Positions 34,943 through 46,591 of a DNA stretch of 46,591 bases are shown piece after piece. A program made the translations under genes and the position numbers. This DNA is from Basidiobolus meristosporus CBS 931.73 (lineage: Eukaryota; Fungi; Basidiobolomycota): assembly GCA_002104905.1 (NCBI GenBank), contig MCFE01000681.1, positions 1 to 46,591 on the forward strand. Reading direction: 5' to 3'. Below the pieces are notes generated by a model, which ran no database searches, was not told the DNA's origin, and was given only the letters and a program-made list of their open reading frames with translations. Position 1 is the first letter of the stretch, and each line of letters begins with the position of its first letter.

Positions 34943-35993
34943 ATGATGACCACAATCGGAAGATCTTGGGAGACTGCGGAAACCAGATTGCTCATCGACC
35001 TCCGGAGAATCATGGAGGGGGAGTTCGCCAGTATGAAGCGAAACGCCCCGCTTTGGAAAAAGATTTCCGACCAAATGAAGAATGGTGGCTTTCACAGAAC
35101 GGACAAGCAGTGTAAAGAAAAATGGAAAAATCTACTGTCTGAATTTAAAGTACGTGTGCTCTCTGAAGTTTGTTAGATTCCACTTGTCTTCATGATATAT
35201 CCGCCCCCACTTTTTTTGAACGTATCCGATAGTTCTTTTGCGCTATAATAATGCTTGTTGGTTATCTTACCAGAGAGTGGAGTCTCAAAAGGAGGTGGTG
35301 CCACGAAACTTCCCATTTTACGATATATTGAAGGATGTCGTCTCAAAGCAAAGCTCACTGCATGACTCCCCAATCCATTCGAGGGAAGAATCCATGCATG
35401 CTTCGTATCCACCCTCACCTACTCCGGTCAACAAGTCCATCAACGACCATGGTCCTGTAATGGTTACCCTTCCCCACCATACCAATGTACTCCCGCCCGT
35501 AAGCTATACCACTGGGATGCATGTCTATTCACCTCCACTTCCACATTCCATCAGTCACTCTTCCCAACGTCCAAATGTGCATATTCCTACCCCCGTATTC
35601 AAGCCACTACAACAAGAACCTGCGAGTGCGGAAAGTAGAACCACGCCAAACAACAAACGCAGAAGAGAATCAGAAGATGATAATAGTCCACCCAGTGCTC
35701 TTCTTACCGAAATCGTGGATCTATTGAGAAGGGAAATACGTGAGCGTAGGCGATGGGAAGAGAGGCTTGAACAAAGCCGATTTGAAATCGAACGTCGTCG
35801 AGAACGCCAAGAGCGACGCCGAGAGCGCCGAGAGCGCGAAAGAATTGAGAGGCAACGAGGACAAACCCTACTGCTGGTGGCGATTGCTTCTAGGATTATG
35901 CCCAATGTCTCGGACATGATCGCGTCAACAAACTTCCGTGAAGCAGAAAGCTCAGATTCCGACCGAAGCGACGGCATGTCCGAATCAAGTTAG
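34943..35993 (+). CDS. Trihelix (GT-1-like, Myb/SANT-like) DNA-binding protein with C-terminal Arg/Glu-rich coiled coil
   Basis: Exons 34943-35149 and 35274-35993; RSWETAETRLLIDLR...LWKKISDQM...RTDKQCKEKWKNL...FPFYD; Pro/Ser-rich linker; NKRRR possible NLS; E/R-rich helix. Confidence 0.9.
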
Positions 35994-38298
35994 AACCATA
36001 TTGCCTAGATGCCATCAAATCCACTCATCTTTTTCGCATCGATCTATTTCATTCTAGCATAGAGCTCCACCTTGGTGAAACTATTCATTTCAGAGAATTC
36101 CTGTTCTGTAAACATCTTGTCTGTTAGGGGTTCCCATATTACCTTTTTGTTATTTCTAAAAGTTCTAATTTTGTGATTCTCGAGTCTTGATGATCTGTCG
36201 CTATATTTTAGTAGTGTTTTCCTTGCAATTATTCTTTTACCTTATAGTTTAAGTCATGTTGACGCATTAATCTCCTCACCTCGAAAACTATAAAACACCT
36301 AAACTGTGGTGCACAAGTGTATTTTGGAATTGACATCTTTGCGCCCAACCCCATTCAATCCTTTGTATACACCAAGCTGAATAGCGTTGATCATGAGCTT
36401 AGATGTAAAGGTTGCTGTGACTGATGTCCATCTATTAAAATATAATAAGTTTAATTAACCCTCCCTCACCAATTCATTTAACCCGAATGTGTCACCACGA
36501 GGTTACCTACCCACTCTGACACGACTGGAGGGCTGTAACGTGATACATCTTTGGCCCTACAAACTGTGAGTTGGATGGATAGTGCTAGTCAACGGAAGCT
36601 ATGGCAATATAACCGTATTTGCCTCACCCCATTCCATAAACCCCCTCATCCAATAAGCAAGTCAGTCCATAAAGAGCAACACTGTTTAAAAGAGAGAATG
36701 TAGTGTTGATGATGTAACTTGACAACAGAGTGAGTTGTACTTCACAATGGAATCCAATTCCTGCGGACATTGAAAGCCACTTGAGCTCTTCGATAGAATC
36801 GGTTTCATAGCGGAATCCAGTTTAAAAATCCAGCCTAATCCGGATAACTCAAGGAGATGTATCGCAACATACTCTCCATATCCAGATGGCGATAATCTCC
36901 GGTCGCCCATGAAGATTAGCATTTCCAGCCAGAAATGACATGTCACTTTGAAGATCATATATATATGGGCCACATAAACTGATCGAGTTATTGCCTACCG
37001 GCGCACGAAAAAGAATTCCTTATCGAGATTACAGAGCGATTGCTGAATCGATGATTTAGTAACCCATTGTAAACTGTATTATAATGCCACTAATTCGGAT
37101 GAATCATCCACATGTAACTCGTTGCAAATAGGTGTGTCACAGAAACCAAGAACGGACCTAAAAGATTCTAGATTCAATGGACGATGAAACAAGGTCAACC
37201 TAGAATAATCAATACCCGAGTGATACAAAGGTCCGGTTTTTAGTTTGATACGTCACTCACCGACCTGGGCACAAGCATGTAGATGCAAAATACGACCGAG
37301 TGATGTAAAGTTCGCCCAAGAATTCCTTTTGGAAATTGAGATTGGCGATGATAGAAATCCGTTTTTATCTTCTGGTCGTCCTTATCGTGTTTTCTGATCG
37401 CTATGCAGTAAATTCGCTTGGAGGTACCATCGGAGGGTCTGCCGCCTACCGCTGTTGCTATCATCACATAAGCATTGATGAGGAAGAGGGGATGATTGCG
37501 ACCAAGAAGTCAATAGGATGACCAAGTACAATCTAATGGATTCGGGCATCAACAAGATGGGGAATTTTCCTCACCACTGATTGTACAGTATGCTTTCCGT
37601 TTGGTTCTGCAAGCATGAGATTAAGCGCTTTTCTAATTAGATTCCCCTAATGTATACTGGCAAGTGCGGTTATTGGATATGAACATTGGACTTTGGCCAC
37701 ATTGAATCCCATATTTATATATTTAGTATTCACTGATGGATGCTAAAACTCGTACGCCTTAACAAATCATTATCGTGGTGGCCTAAACTCTAGCAGGTCA
37801 GTGGCCTAATGTAGAAATATTCATCCGTACAAAAGCAATGAAATTATGCCATTTTGTATATATTACTCGTGGTTTAAACTATCTCGACCAGCAGGGACCT
37901 ATAAGAGTCCTGTCCAAGTATCAAATAATTTGAAATAGGTGTTGGTGGAAACACCACTGCTCTAGTGATGAGCCGCAACGACTGCAAACTCGCAGCCACC
38001 ATGTCTGGAAAATTCTCCCAGAGAACCCTCTCAGTCCAAATGCTCTACAATGTAGTATGAATGTATGCTTTAGTGAAACTTCAAGCGTAACATGTATTTT
38101 TATCCATAGATTCCTTGGCCGGTTATTCCATGAGACTACTGATTCACAAGCGATGTTCTCAAACAAACGCTCGTGGATTTAGAAGTGTTGGGCTGCAGTT
38201 GCAATTCGAGTTTCAGGAGGGGCCATCTGGGAAAATTATAAATAGAAAGAGCGCATCTATTAAGCAGCATCGCAATAGCATCTGCCGCCGGGAAAACC

Positions 38299-38520
38299 AT
38301 GTCTTTTGTCGCTCTTCTTTTGTCAATACTTTATTACAACTCATGCGTTCTGGGCAATAGGCAAATCCTATTCGCCCGAGCTAGATCCCCAACACCTACC
38401 ATACCCGCAACACCTATCTACAGTGGGGTGTACTCGTCAAGTACCTATGAGACATCAAGGTACCACATACCTACCGGATTGCTTAGTGCAAAGGTTACCC
38501 CCTTTGGGATGCTTTCATAA
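38299..38520 (+). CDS. Candidate small secreted peptide (73 aa)
   Basis: ATG start, hydrophobic MSFVALLLSILYYNSCVLG, TATAAATA ~55-60 nt upstream, AT-rich 3' flank; no homology evidence. Confidence 0.4.
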   Translation: MSFVALLLSILYYNSCVLGNRQILFARARSPTPTIPATPIYSGVYSSSTYETSRYHIPTGLLSAKVTPFGMLS

Positions 38521-39868
38521 TATCCACGGCACCGTATGCTTAGGAGCTCGTCGTCTAACCCACCTTCAATTGATTTAATGTAATATTCTTTGTTTCAGCA
38601 TACTTCATGTAATATTAAATTAGAAATTTCCTAGTTGTACTTAAGCCTAAGAGGCCTTTCTAATAGAAACCCACTTGACTGCTTTCCTTCTGAATTGTCC
38701 ACTTGAATTGAGTATATCATTTAACGTGGGATTATCATCCATTGGCTCCTGGGATTGCACAAATTATCCAACCTGCCAAGCAGATCACTTTTATATTCAT
38801 GGGAAAGTACCCATTGCCTTTCACCGCCAATGAGTGCCTCGGTTGACCTTATCGACCTCCTGAGTTTGCCATATAATTGATCACAGTAAAAATTGCCTTT
38901 TGCATGAAACGTTCACGCCGTTGTGTACACAGCTGTTACGAAATACCGCCTCAACTATAGTGGTGCATCATTCTGCCCAGACTTCAGTCGTGTGATTTAT
39001 TAGGTCAAACGTCAGGCCATGACGATATGGTTGATTCTGTCCAGTTTCACATCAGTACGAACTGGAGAATTCTCTATGTATAGCCAAGGAACAAACACCA
39101 AGCCCTTCGGGGCTGTGGATAAGTGGGGCAGATTTCTGGTTTTAGAATATGACCATCTTAATCTTGATATTTGAGTGTGTATTTTGAATGATCCATTTCC
39201 CTCCCTGGCATCATCAGTCAAAAGAACGCTGTCGACAGCTCGCTAGATCCTGATAAACCTGCACAGGGCGGGATAGGGTAAACCTTATTCTGATATTTAT
39301 GTGCAAGCATGGAGCCATAAGCTGGTACAGTTTAAGCGTGCGATTTCTAGAGTGGATTACCACTTGTTATAGTACCGAACGTTCTACAAGCTCCAATTTG
39401 ATAAACAATGTTTAGTAAATGCCAACAAAGTTCCATGCGATTGGATGGTTGTGTTCAGGACGATACTATTAAGCCACTGGAAGAATTAAGATCACAAGAA
39501 AAAAATAAACAAGTTGCTGTTGCTCCGTCTATCAGATATGGCCTTATCATTCCATTTTCTATTTAAATGAGACACTCTGCCCTACCTTGAGCTTTGCTCC
39601 CCACGATCAATCCATTCGTCCGAATAGATTCGCTTTACAATGACCATCTTTACTTGGGTATCATCTACTAAGAAATGCGAGAAGGTCATTGTTGGAAGCT
39701 CAAGTGCTCGTTTCAATGATCTTAGAGCAAAGCTCCCGCCAGCAATATCCCGGATCGGCCACCATCACATCCTGAGACAAAGAAGGCAGTCGGATGATGA
39801 GTTAGAGCACATTACCAGACTCATCCAGAAGAGTGAGCGTCATAGATTAGTAAACCAGGAATACGCCT

Positions 39869-41016
39869 TTGTCTAGTATTAGAGTAAATTTAATCCACCC
39901 ACTTGATAGCCTTGTACAGACCCCTCCATATAAATCTCTTCCCGCAACACCCGATGTCTTGCCCCTTTTCATAAATAAAAGATTCTGGAAGACATACTCC
40001 AGAGGCCAGTCATATCCCGGGAATCCCATTCTTAACTTTGCCTCTCGATTGTATCTTTCCAAAGGTGCCGGACATTCGATGATGCTGCGATTGAAGCGAG
40101 GCCCTATTTTTGCCTATCACTACAATCAGGGCGGAGCAAGTTGGCTAGTTGTCCGATTTCACTGATACAATGCTACTTGCCTCATTTTGTGTTGGGTCTT
40201 ACTTCATAAGAGGCGAGAAACGATCTTCTGCATATGATCTGTTTTAGGGAAATGGGAAGGTAGCCCTTGTTGTGCTGTGTTTCATATTGGCCGACTTCAT
40301 TCCTGCGAGCCCTCGGAACGCTCGATCACTCCAATGCTATTCCAAAAACAAACAATATATGAAATTCTCGAAACCGCTGGTATTGAAGAGGAATACGTTG
40401 TTGTTTGACTGGGTAACACCGGTGTTCCATGAAACCACACTGCAGTTATATGCTGAATCAGTGGCAAGTTGGTTTGACGAATTTCTCAAGTGTAAGACAA
40501 ATTTATCACTTTGGGAGGTTGTTGCTAGCAAGACATACAAAGGTGCTACGTTGTATGCATGCTCAACTTGCATGCCCCACAACATGGCCTTAACCAAGGC
40601 ATAGGAGCTTTTCAATCTCGTCGGGAAACAACAGGAAAATGTGAGGCGCGTGTCCAATCAAATCCAAGATGGGTTGAAGTTGAGAATCACAGCCACATGT
40701 CTAGGGAAGTGTAATTTCCCGCAAAAGGGAATCTATCTTCACAGATTTCCCTGCTGCCTAGCACAAAACGGTGTGGTGTTCGGAAAACCCACGCTCTGAT
40801 GAAACATATCAGGATTCTGTTGATATTGCTGAGATTCCGGGAAGCCTGCCAATTCCTGTCCCATCAGATTTTCCTATCAACCAAATCAACTCTGGGTTGT
40901 TCATGCAATCTAAACTTACAGTGATCTACTCCTCAGAACAGCCATACACTGTGTGGGCTCTGTGTCAGTTATTCGTGGTATTCGAACGATTCTCGAGGCT
41001 GGAATCTCTTGGGTAA
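39869..41016 (+). pseudogene. Possible decayed protein-coding gene of unknown family
   Basis: One frame stays protein-like for ~800 nt (e.g. SITPMLFQKQTIYEILETAGIEEEYVVV*LGNTGVP) but is punctuated mainly by TGA stops; overlapping partial ORFs continue to 41016. Confidence 0.3.
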
Positions 41017-42433
41017 GTGTCAAAGCTTCCAGCGAAGCCCCCCGCTCCTCGGTTGAAATAGTAAGCACCATACGAACCTTCACCTGGTTTAGTAGTTAGT
41101 ATCAAGCTAGTGATACCTGGCCTACTAAAGGATTGTTTGGATTCTCACACTAAGTCGAATTCTCAAAAACCGTAGTTGAGCCAAGAAATAACATGGGAAA
41201 ACGGCGAGAGGGAAACATCAGGATGAATTACACCATCTAGCACTGTTTTCGTTTCAGGTAACAAGAATGATCAAATTTTATTCGTGGCAATGGGGCGCCT
41301 TGCATGGGCTTAGTGACTTGATTATTGCCAGGCTTTGATATATACAGTTGAGAACCATTGCTTGGTAGCACCCAAGATCCCATTAGTCCTATATACGATC
41401 AGTTCTAGAAGCAGGGTTCGAAGCCAAGTCAACCTGCGCCCGACTAAACCTGTTTGACGATAAGGAAAAGATCGCTACCTATCTATCGTAGCATTCAGAG
41501 AATGGCGTTCCATGTTCGGTCTTTCCTTGTGTAATTTTGTTAAACTACCCATTGAGACAGGATGAGATGATATAACAGTTGGAGAATTCAGTTGCTACTT
41601 GGCACAGTAAATCACGTTTAGTGACTGGCATGCACGAGGGAATCACATTCTTGGGATACTGCAGTCGATTCGCTCTTATGATCAAAAAGGCATTATGTGG
41701 GGTAATCTCGGAACAAAAGCAAGCGAAATATAAGATTTTCTAGTTACAATTGGAAGACGACATGACTGCACTAGGGTAACGGATCCACTCACCCCACGGA
41801 TGCAAGAGATTGCATTTATCCGCGGATGAATTCATGCACGACTAGCCAAGGCGCTACTTGTGTAGTTCCATACAACATACAAAAGCTCTTTGTAAAGCAG
41901 GAGGCGTCAGGTGCAGCAGATCGAAGGTGCAATTAAACCTGGCTTGGTGTGGAATCGTTGACAAGTACCAATGCACGATGCTCAACATGATGCAAGGTTC
42001 CATAGCTGCTTAGTCAAAATCCCCGCCTTTTTTCGTCACTCTACCGAAGCTCTTCATTTGGAACCACATGCTTATTTCTACTACTTGGTTTTTGGTTACT
42101 AGCGCTTCGCCTACTATCCTAATAACTCCCGTTGACTCCCACTAGTACTAATCGACATTCCCGGCTCTTCGAGGAACCCGATTAGCGCTAGGTAGACTGC
42201 CGCATGGATTATCAAACCATCAACAATAAACCTGAGAAGTGTCATACCATTGTTCCCCACCAAAAGTCTTAATCTTCAATACGCAGCACAAGCAACTGGT
42301 ACTTCAAGGCAACCGATGAGTGTGAGCACAGTACATCTAAGCGGAAGATTTCTGATTGATTCAGAAATGGTCCGGCGTCTAATATAAACCCAATGTGGTA
42401 AATGAGTCCTCACAATAATATCTTCACTCATTT

Positions 42434-42718
42434 ATGGTTGCCTTCAACATCTCTAACTTGGTTTCCCTTGGCTTTCCCAAAGTAAATAAGAACTGTGGTC
42501 AATGTCGTAACAGGCGCCTATGCAAACAATGTAGAGGAGCGTACAATGACTTAGATAAGTTCCTCACCACCTGCCGGGAACTCCAGTATCAAAGCCAAAG
42601 AGTACACGTTACCCCTAAGAAGCTGCTAGAAATGGAAATGGCCAAACTCGCCACCCTATTCAAGAAACCGAGTTATCAGCGTTATAATGACCAGGATTTC
42701 GTGCCAATCACGAATTAA
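42434..42718 (+). CDS. Hypothetical small protein (94 aa) with CxxC-x6-CxxC motif
   Basis: ATG start, TATAAA at ~42383, CGQCRNRRLCKQC. Confidence 0.5.
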   Translation: MVAFNISNLVSLGFPKVNKNCGQCRNRRLCKQCRGAYNDLDKFLTTCRELQYQSQRVHVTPKKLLEMEMAKLATLFKKPSYQRYNDQDFVPITN

Positions 42719-44284
42719 ATCATTCAGTCCTATCCACATTCCGACCGAATCAACCTATTCAGATAGGTGGAATGTGCTAGTTAGATGAATCCATTCTCTA
42801 TCCGTATTCCCATCTTTATCATTAGAACTCGCTCGTCCTGCTCAGCTTACTATTTAGTCGAATAAATCCTGGATACACTTGGGCTCATTCTTGTCCTTCA
42901 AAGAACACAACCGTTTCTCACGTATATACTGTGCAGATTTCTAATCATGTCCATGCATGTCTATTTAGCCACATCCGTTCATGACTGGTCGCAGTGTCAC
43001 TGGATTGAAATAATCCAGCGAGTTGGCCAATTGCCCCCACTTCTCACCAATGAAGCAACCCTGGAATTTTTCTCATACGTAGATGATTTTCAGTTAGCAG
43101 GTGAATTCACATGGATTAACCTGTTTCCATGGATTCTGTGTTACTGAGGATCAGGTTGACTTGTAAGATTTTAGCAAAGTGCATATTTTCACGATGACCA
43201 GCAAATTACTATAATTGTTGGATACAACATCAATGAGAATCAACCATTTGTATAGTCATACAAACGAAAAGTTTTCTGGCTATAAACTCAGAACTCCGGT
43301 TGGAAAGCGCTTGTGCCTTCAACTGGCTTCAGATGCGTGTTCTGCACTGAGGTTAGCCCTCGCCGCTAATTTACTCAGCAGGTGTAATATCACGTAAAAT
43401 ACATATATGACACACATATAGGGAGTTGTATCACATGGCGAATGCTTCATTGAAAACGCAAGGGTCTTCAGAAAGGTCATATGGATTCAAGGTACTTGAG
43501 TTAATTCTAGATTTCAATATAAATGAAGATTTCTGTGGGGATTGAAGAAATGTTCGCAGGTACGAATGAACACATACTATCAGTAGTAATACTATATGAA
43601 GCTATATCACATGCACACTAACTAGTAAAGCAGCGATAGATTTATGAAATCCAAAGCACGGAGTGTCTCTTTGCTGGCTCGGATAAATACTTGAATAGGC
43701 TACCAAGCACCCCATCCCCAGACAACTCTTGATCTATGTAGTACTATTCATCAGATGTACTAATTTTCAATAATTGAATTAAGCGAACGTTGGCTAGCCA
43801 AAGGCTCCAATGTGCCGAAATAGCTACATTGGGTCTGTTGCATGTGTTCGCATTCAATTAATCAACTCACAGCCTTAAAACGCTGGATCCACTGGTCTTT
43901 TTGGGAGGGATTTTCATATGCGCAGCCAATGGATTGTTACAATATTTTGAAAAGTAATGGCGATCATGCTAAGATTTGATATTTTTGGCATACTTTATTG
44001 TAGGCTGAGGGCGTCTGTGGTATATCGAAACATGTATTTTGGTGTTTCGAGCTTCTTGCTCGCGTGAGGTGCGATGATAAATCTGAGCAGTGACTGGCAC
44101 TTCAAATACCCCAATCAAATGTCTTGTTGTGGGTTATTGTGAATGCGAAACCTGATTGCTGATAAACTAACTATAAAATTTATCATTTGCATCTTTAGTA
44201 GTAATTATTAACTTGGATTCTGGTTGATGTTTTTATTGAGGTTGTTTTGTTAAAAAGTTGTGCCATTACCCTAAGAAAAAAAAA

Positions 44285-45100
44285 TTGATTAAAGGTTAGC
44301 AGAATACCAACATAATATACGCTGAGTTCCAAGTTTCTCTAAACTTACAACTCACAATATCTCAGGTATTTGCTATTTGGCAGTCAAGCAGACACTTATC
44401 AGGAGACTAGGATAAATAGCGCTCATAGCAAGTTTGGTAAAAAGCTACTCACTACAACAAAGGTTTACAACTAAAAATTTGAAGGAAAAACACCAGCTGA
44501 AAGCCAGCAAAATACCATTAGAATACCAGTAAGATACCAGCAGATTATCAGATGTATTCCAAGTATATAATTTCTCATAGGACTAGTGTACTCTAAGCTT
44601 TTTTGGTATGTATGTAAGTTAAATATAGTATATGGCTAATTTATCAAAGTTATTATGATAATCAAGTGTGCCTAAGTGACTCCATAATTTACATATGGCT
44701 TTCTGGGATCTCCCTTAGAGCATTTGTATACTTATATACCTATATTTGTAACTTCTGTTTTAAGAGTTTTGGAGATTTTGGAAGTGATTGAGAGAACATG
44801 TTAATTATGTGGTTTTCACTTAATGCTTTATTGAATGTAAAAGTAGTATTTATGCTTTTACATGGTCTTGGCAAAGGAGCATGTAAAATATCTTTAGGAA
44901 GGGTCCCAAAAACATGTGTGCAAAGTTTGGGGCTGTTTGGACAGCTTTAAGAATTTTCATGTTCTGGGTACCTGATGTTTTAGTGACAATATTGTAAGTT
45001 AATCCCGACAAGGAATTTGGTCAGTATTCTCTAGGATTTGTACGTAATGATCCAAGTGACTAAGTTAGGTGAATATTTAGGTGGAATTACAAGTTTTTAG
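44285..45100. repeat. Non-coding repeat family, copy with inverted segment B (~44285-44520) and segment A (~44756-45100)
   Basis: Visual alignment with 16114-16500 and 18107-18690; CpG-poor; short ATACCAG-type sub-repeats at 44505-44545. Confidence 0.75.
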
Positions 45101-45514
45101 AATCAGATCTCCTGTAGGCTTAGTTACATTATTTGCATTCAGTTTTATAGGTGAATATCGTATAAGCTTTCTGGCTCTCCAAATAATCATCAATGCTCCC
45201 CAGGATATTACCACTATCTTGATTATACATGTAATGCTAATTATGATGGGATTCTACTCTATTAGATCAAAATTTGGTAACGCTCATAGTTTCTTAAAGG
45301 ACAATTGGCTATAGCTCATATTTTGCAGCATGCCCTAGTACTATTATACACCAAAATAACACTGGTTAATGAGCTACTTAAGCACAATGCTTGATAACTT
45401 TGCATACACATTTTGATAATCGTCAGAATATTCCATGCATACAAGCCAGTAGAATACCAGGATCAAAGAAAAGATTCATATAGTATACATTACTCTCTAT
45501 GATCTTCAACTTAT

Positions 45515-45531
45515 TATATATATATATATAT
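45515..45531. repeat. (TA)n microsatellite
   Basis: Direct reading. Confidence 0.9.
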
Positions 45532-45839
45532 TATATGAAAAATATCATCCTTGGATTTCATGTTGCATTTTCCAGGTATTTTACTGATATTCCTCTGGTG
45601 ATCTGCTGGTATTTTCTGCAAATTTCAAAGTGCATAAATCACTTGAGTCAATATGCTTACTATTACCATATTTCGCATGAGACTCGCTCAGGCACAATAC
45701 TGTCCAGGGCATATGCCTGCTTGTTCCCACAAAAGATTGAACCTTCAACATTGAAAGTTGTAATATATAGAAATGAGATTCTGGCTAGTGTTATGCTGGC
45801 CTTCTGTAGTTGTTTATCATAGGGTACAGTGCTTGCTTA

Positions 45840-46520
45840 TTCTGCTATACTTGATACTGTTGTGGAATCCTTTAGAATTGAAGATGTGCTGGAAAAATAG
45901 GGAAACCTGTGGCGTTGGAATGTCGTAGGTGGATCTTCCGAGTCAATTGATTGGATGTGACTATTGTGAGGAGGGTGCATTCTGTGGAGAGTGCTTACAC
46001 CAGGTCTTGATCTATGAGATGGATACCGTTCGCATGTCTCACCCAGCGATGTAATTAATTTTGTACTGCCTGCTATCAAATAAAACTTTCTACCCGATAA
46101 ACTACTTGGTGTGGAAGCATGGTCTATAGCGTTCTCCAGATTTCACTAACTGATCTCATCCATGCCGGCGGCTTTGTCAGCAATACACAAGTCTCGAAGG
46201 GACTCGAGTAATGCCTACAATTCCACACCATGGCTCAAATCAACCCCCTACAACCTTTCTTCACTTCGCAGAAAGCGCAAAGTCACGGCGAAATTCGATA
46301 AGATTGCACTATGGTAATAATTGGTGTGTATTTCACTTTATGACACTAGTTGAATATAGCTCTCTATCAGACAGCAATCTTGTATGATCTAATTCCGAAG
46401 AACGCAAATTACTCGACCAAATGATAGATCGGTGGATAGAATTCAGCTATATGGTCAAAGTACTGCTTAAAATAAGAGTCTGTAGGGGTATCCTGCACTC
46501 TTGATTCGGAACAAGTACAT
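45840..46520 (-). pseudogene. Possible decayed leucine-rich (RNI/LRR-like) coding remnant
   Basis: LQTLILSSTLTI*LNSIHRSIIWSSNLRSSELDH and VTLRFLRSEERL*GVDLSHGVEL*ALLESLRDLCIA in two frames with TAG stops. Confidence 0.25.
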
Positions 46521-46591
46521 GACTGCACTGTATGAGACCAAGAGTAAAGCAATGAAAAAGATCACTGCTAATCTTTGTTTGGTTTCGGTCA

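Noticed and set aside
35555-35977. 140-aa Ser/Arg-rich minus-strand ORF
   Set aside because: Antisense shadow of the E/R-rich coiled coil of the trihelix gene.
37336-37521. 61-aa ORF with a hydrophobic N-terminal stretch
   Set aside because: Short, with no clear promoter, paralogue or motif; could easily arise by chance.
41405-41445. GGTTCGAA, similar to a tRNA T-loop
   Set aside because: No cloverleaf stems or D-loop box around it; no tRNA, rRNA or CRISPR array was found in the window.
43060-43110. FFSYVDDFQLAG, similar to a reverse-transcriptase YxDD motif
   Set aside because: No other RT motif found upstream or downstream; a short match alone is insufficient.

Overview
Eukaryotic (fungal) genomic DNA with short GT-AG introns. 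The bacterial-style NRPS with dual E/C domains points to an early-diverging fungus, probably Mortierellaceae-like (inference). The first 14.5 kb is one minus-strand multimodular NRPS (half-C, A1-T1-C-A2-T2-dualE/C-A3-T3-C-A4-T4-C-A5...) that runs off the left edge. It is a mosaic of near-identical intragenic blocks, has an intron in every complete A domain, and carries two 1-bp frameshifts that are probably assembly errors. Immediately upstream lie a decayed NRPS fragment and an almost CpG-free Ty1/Copia relic interrupted by a non-coding repeat family. The rest is gene-sparse: a small acidic secreted-peptide gene with a pseudogenised twin, a HAD phosphatase, an intracellular GH13_5 alpha-amylase, a HEXXH-type M49 dipeptidyl peptidase III, a trihelix (GT-1-like) transcription factor, several small hypothetical ORFs and decayed coding remnants. 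All gene models, alignments and counts were made by eye; domain borders are approximate.
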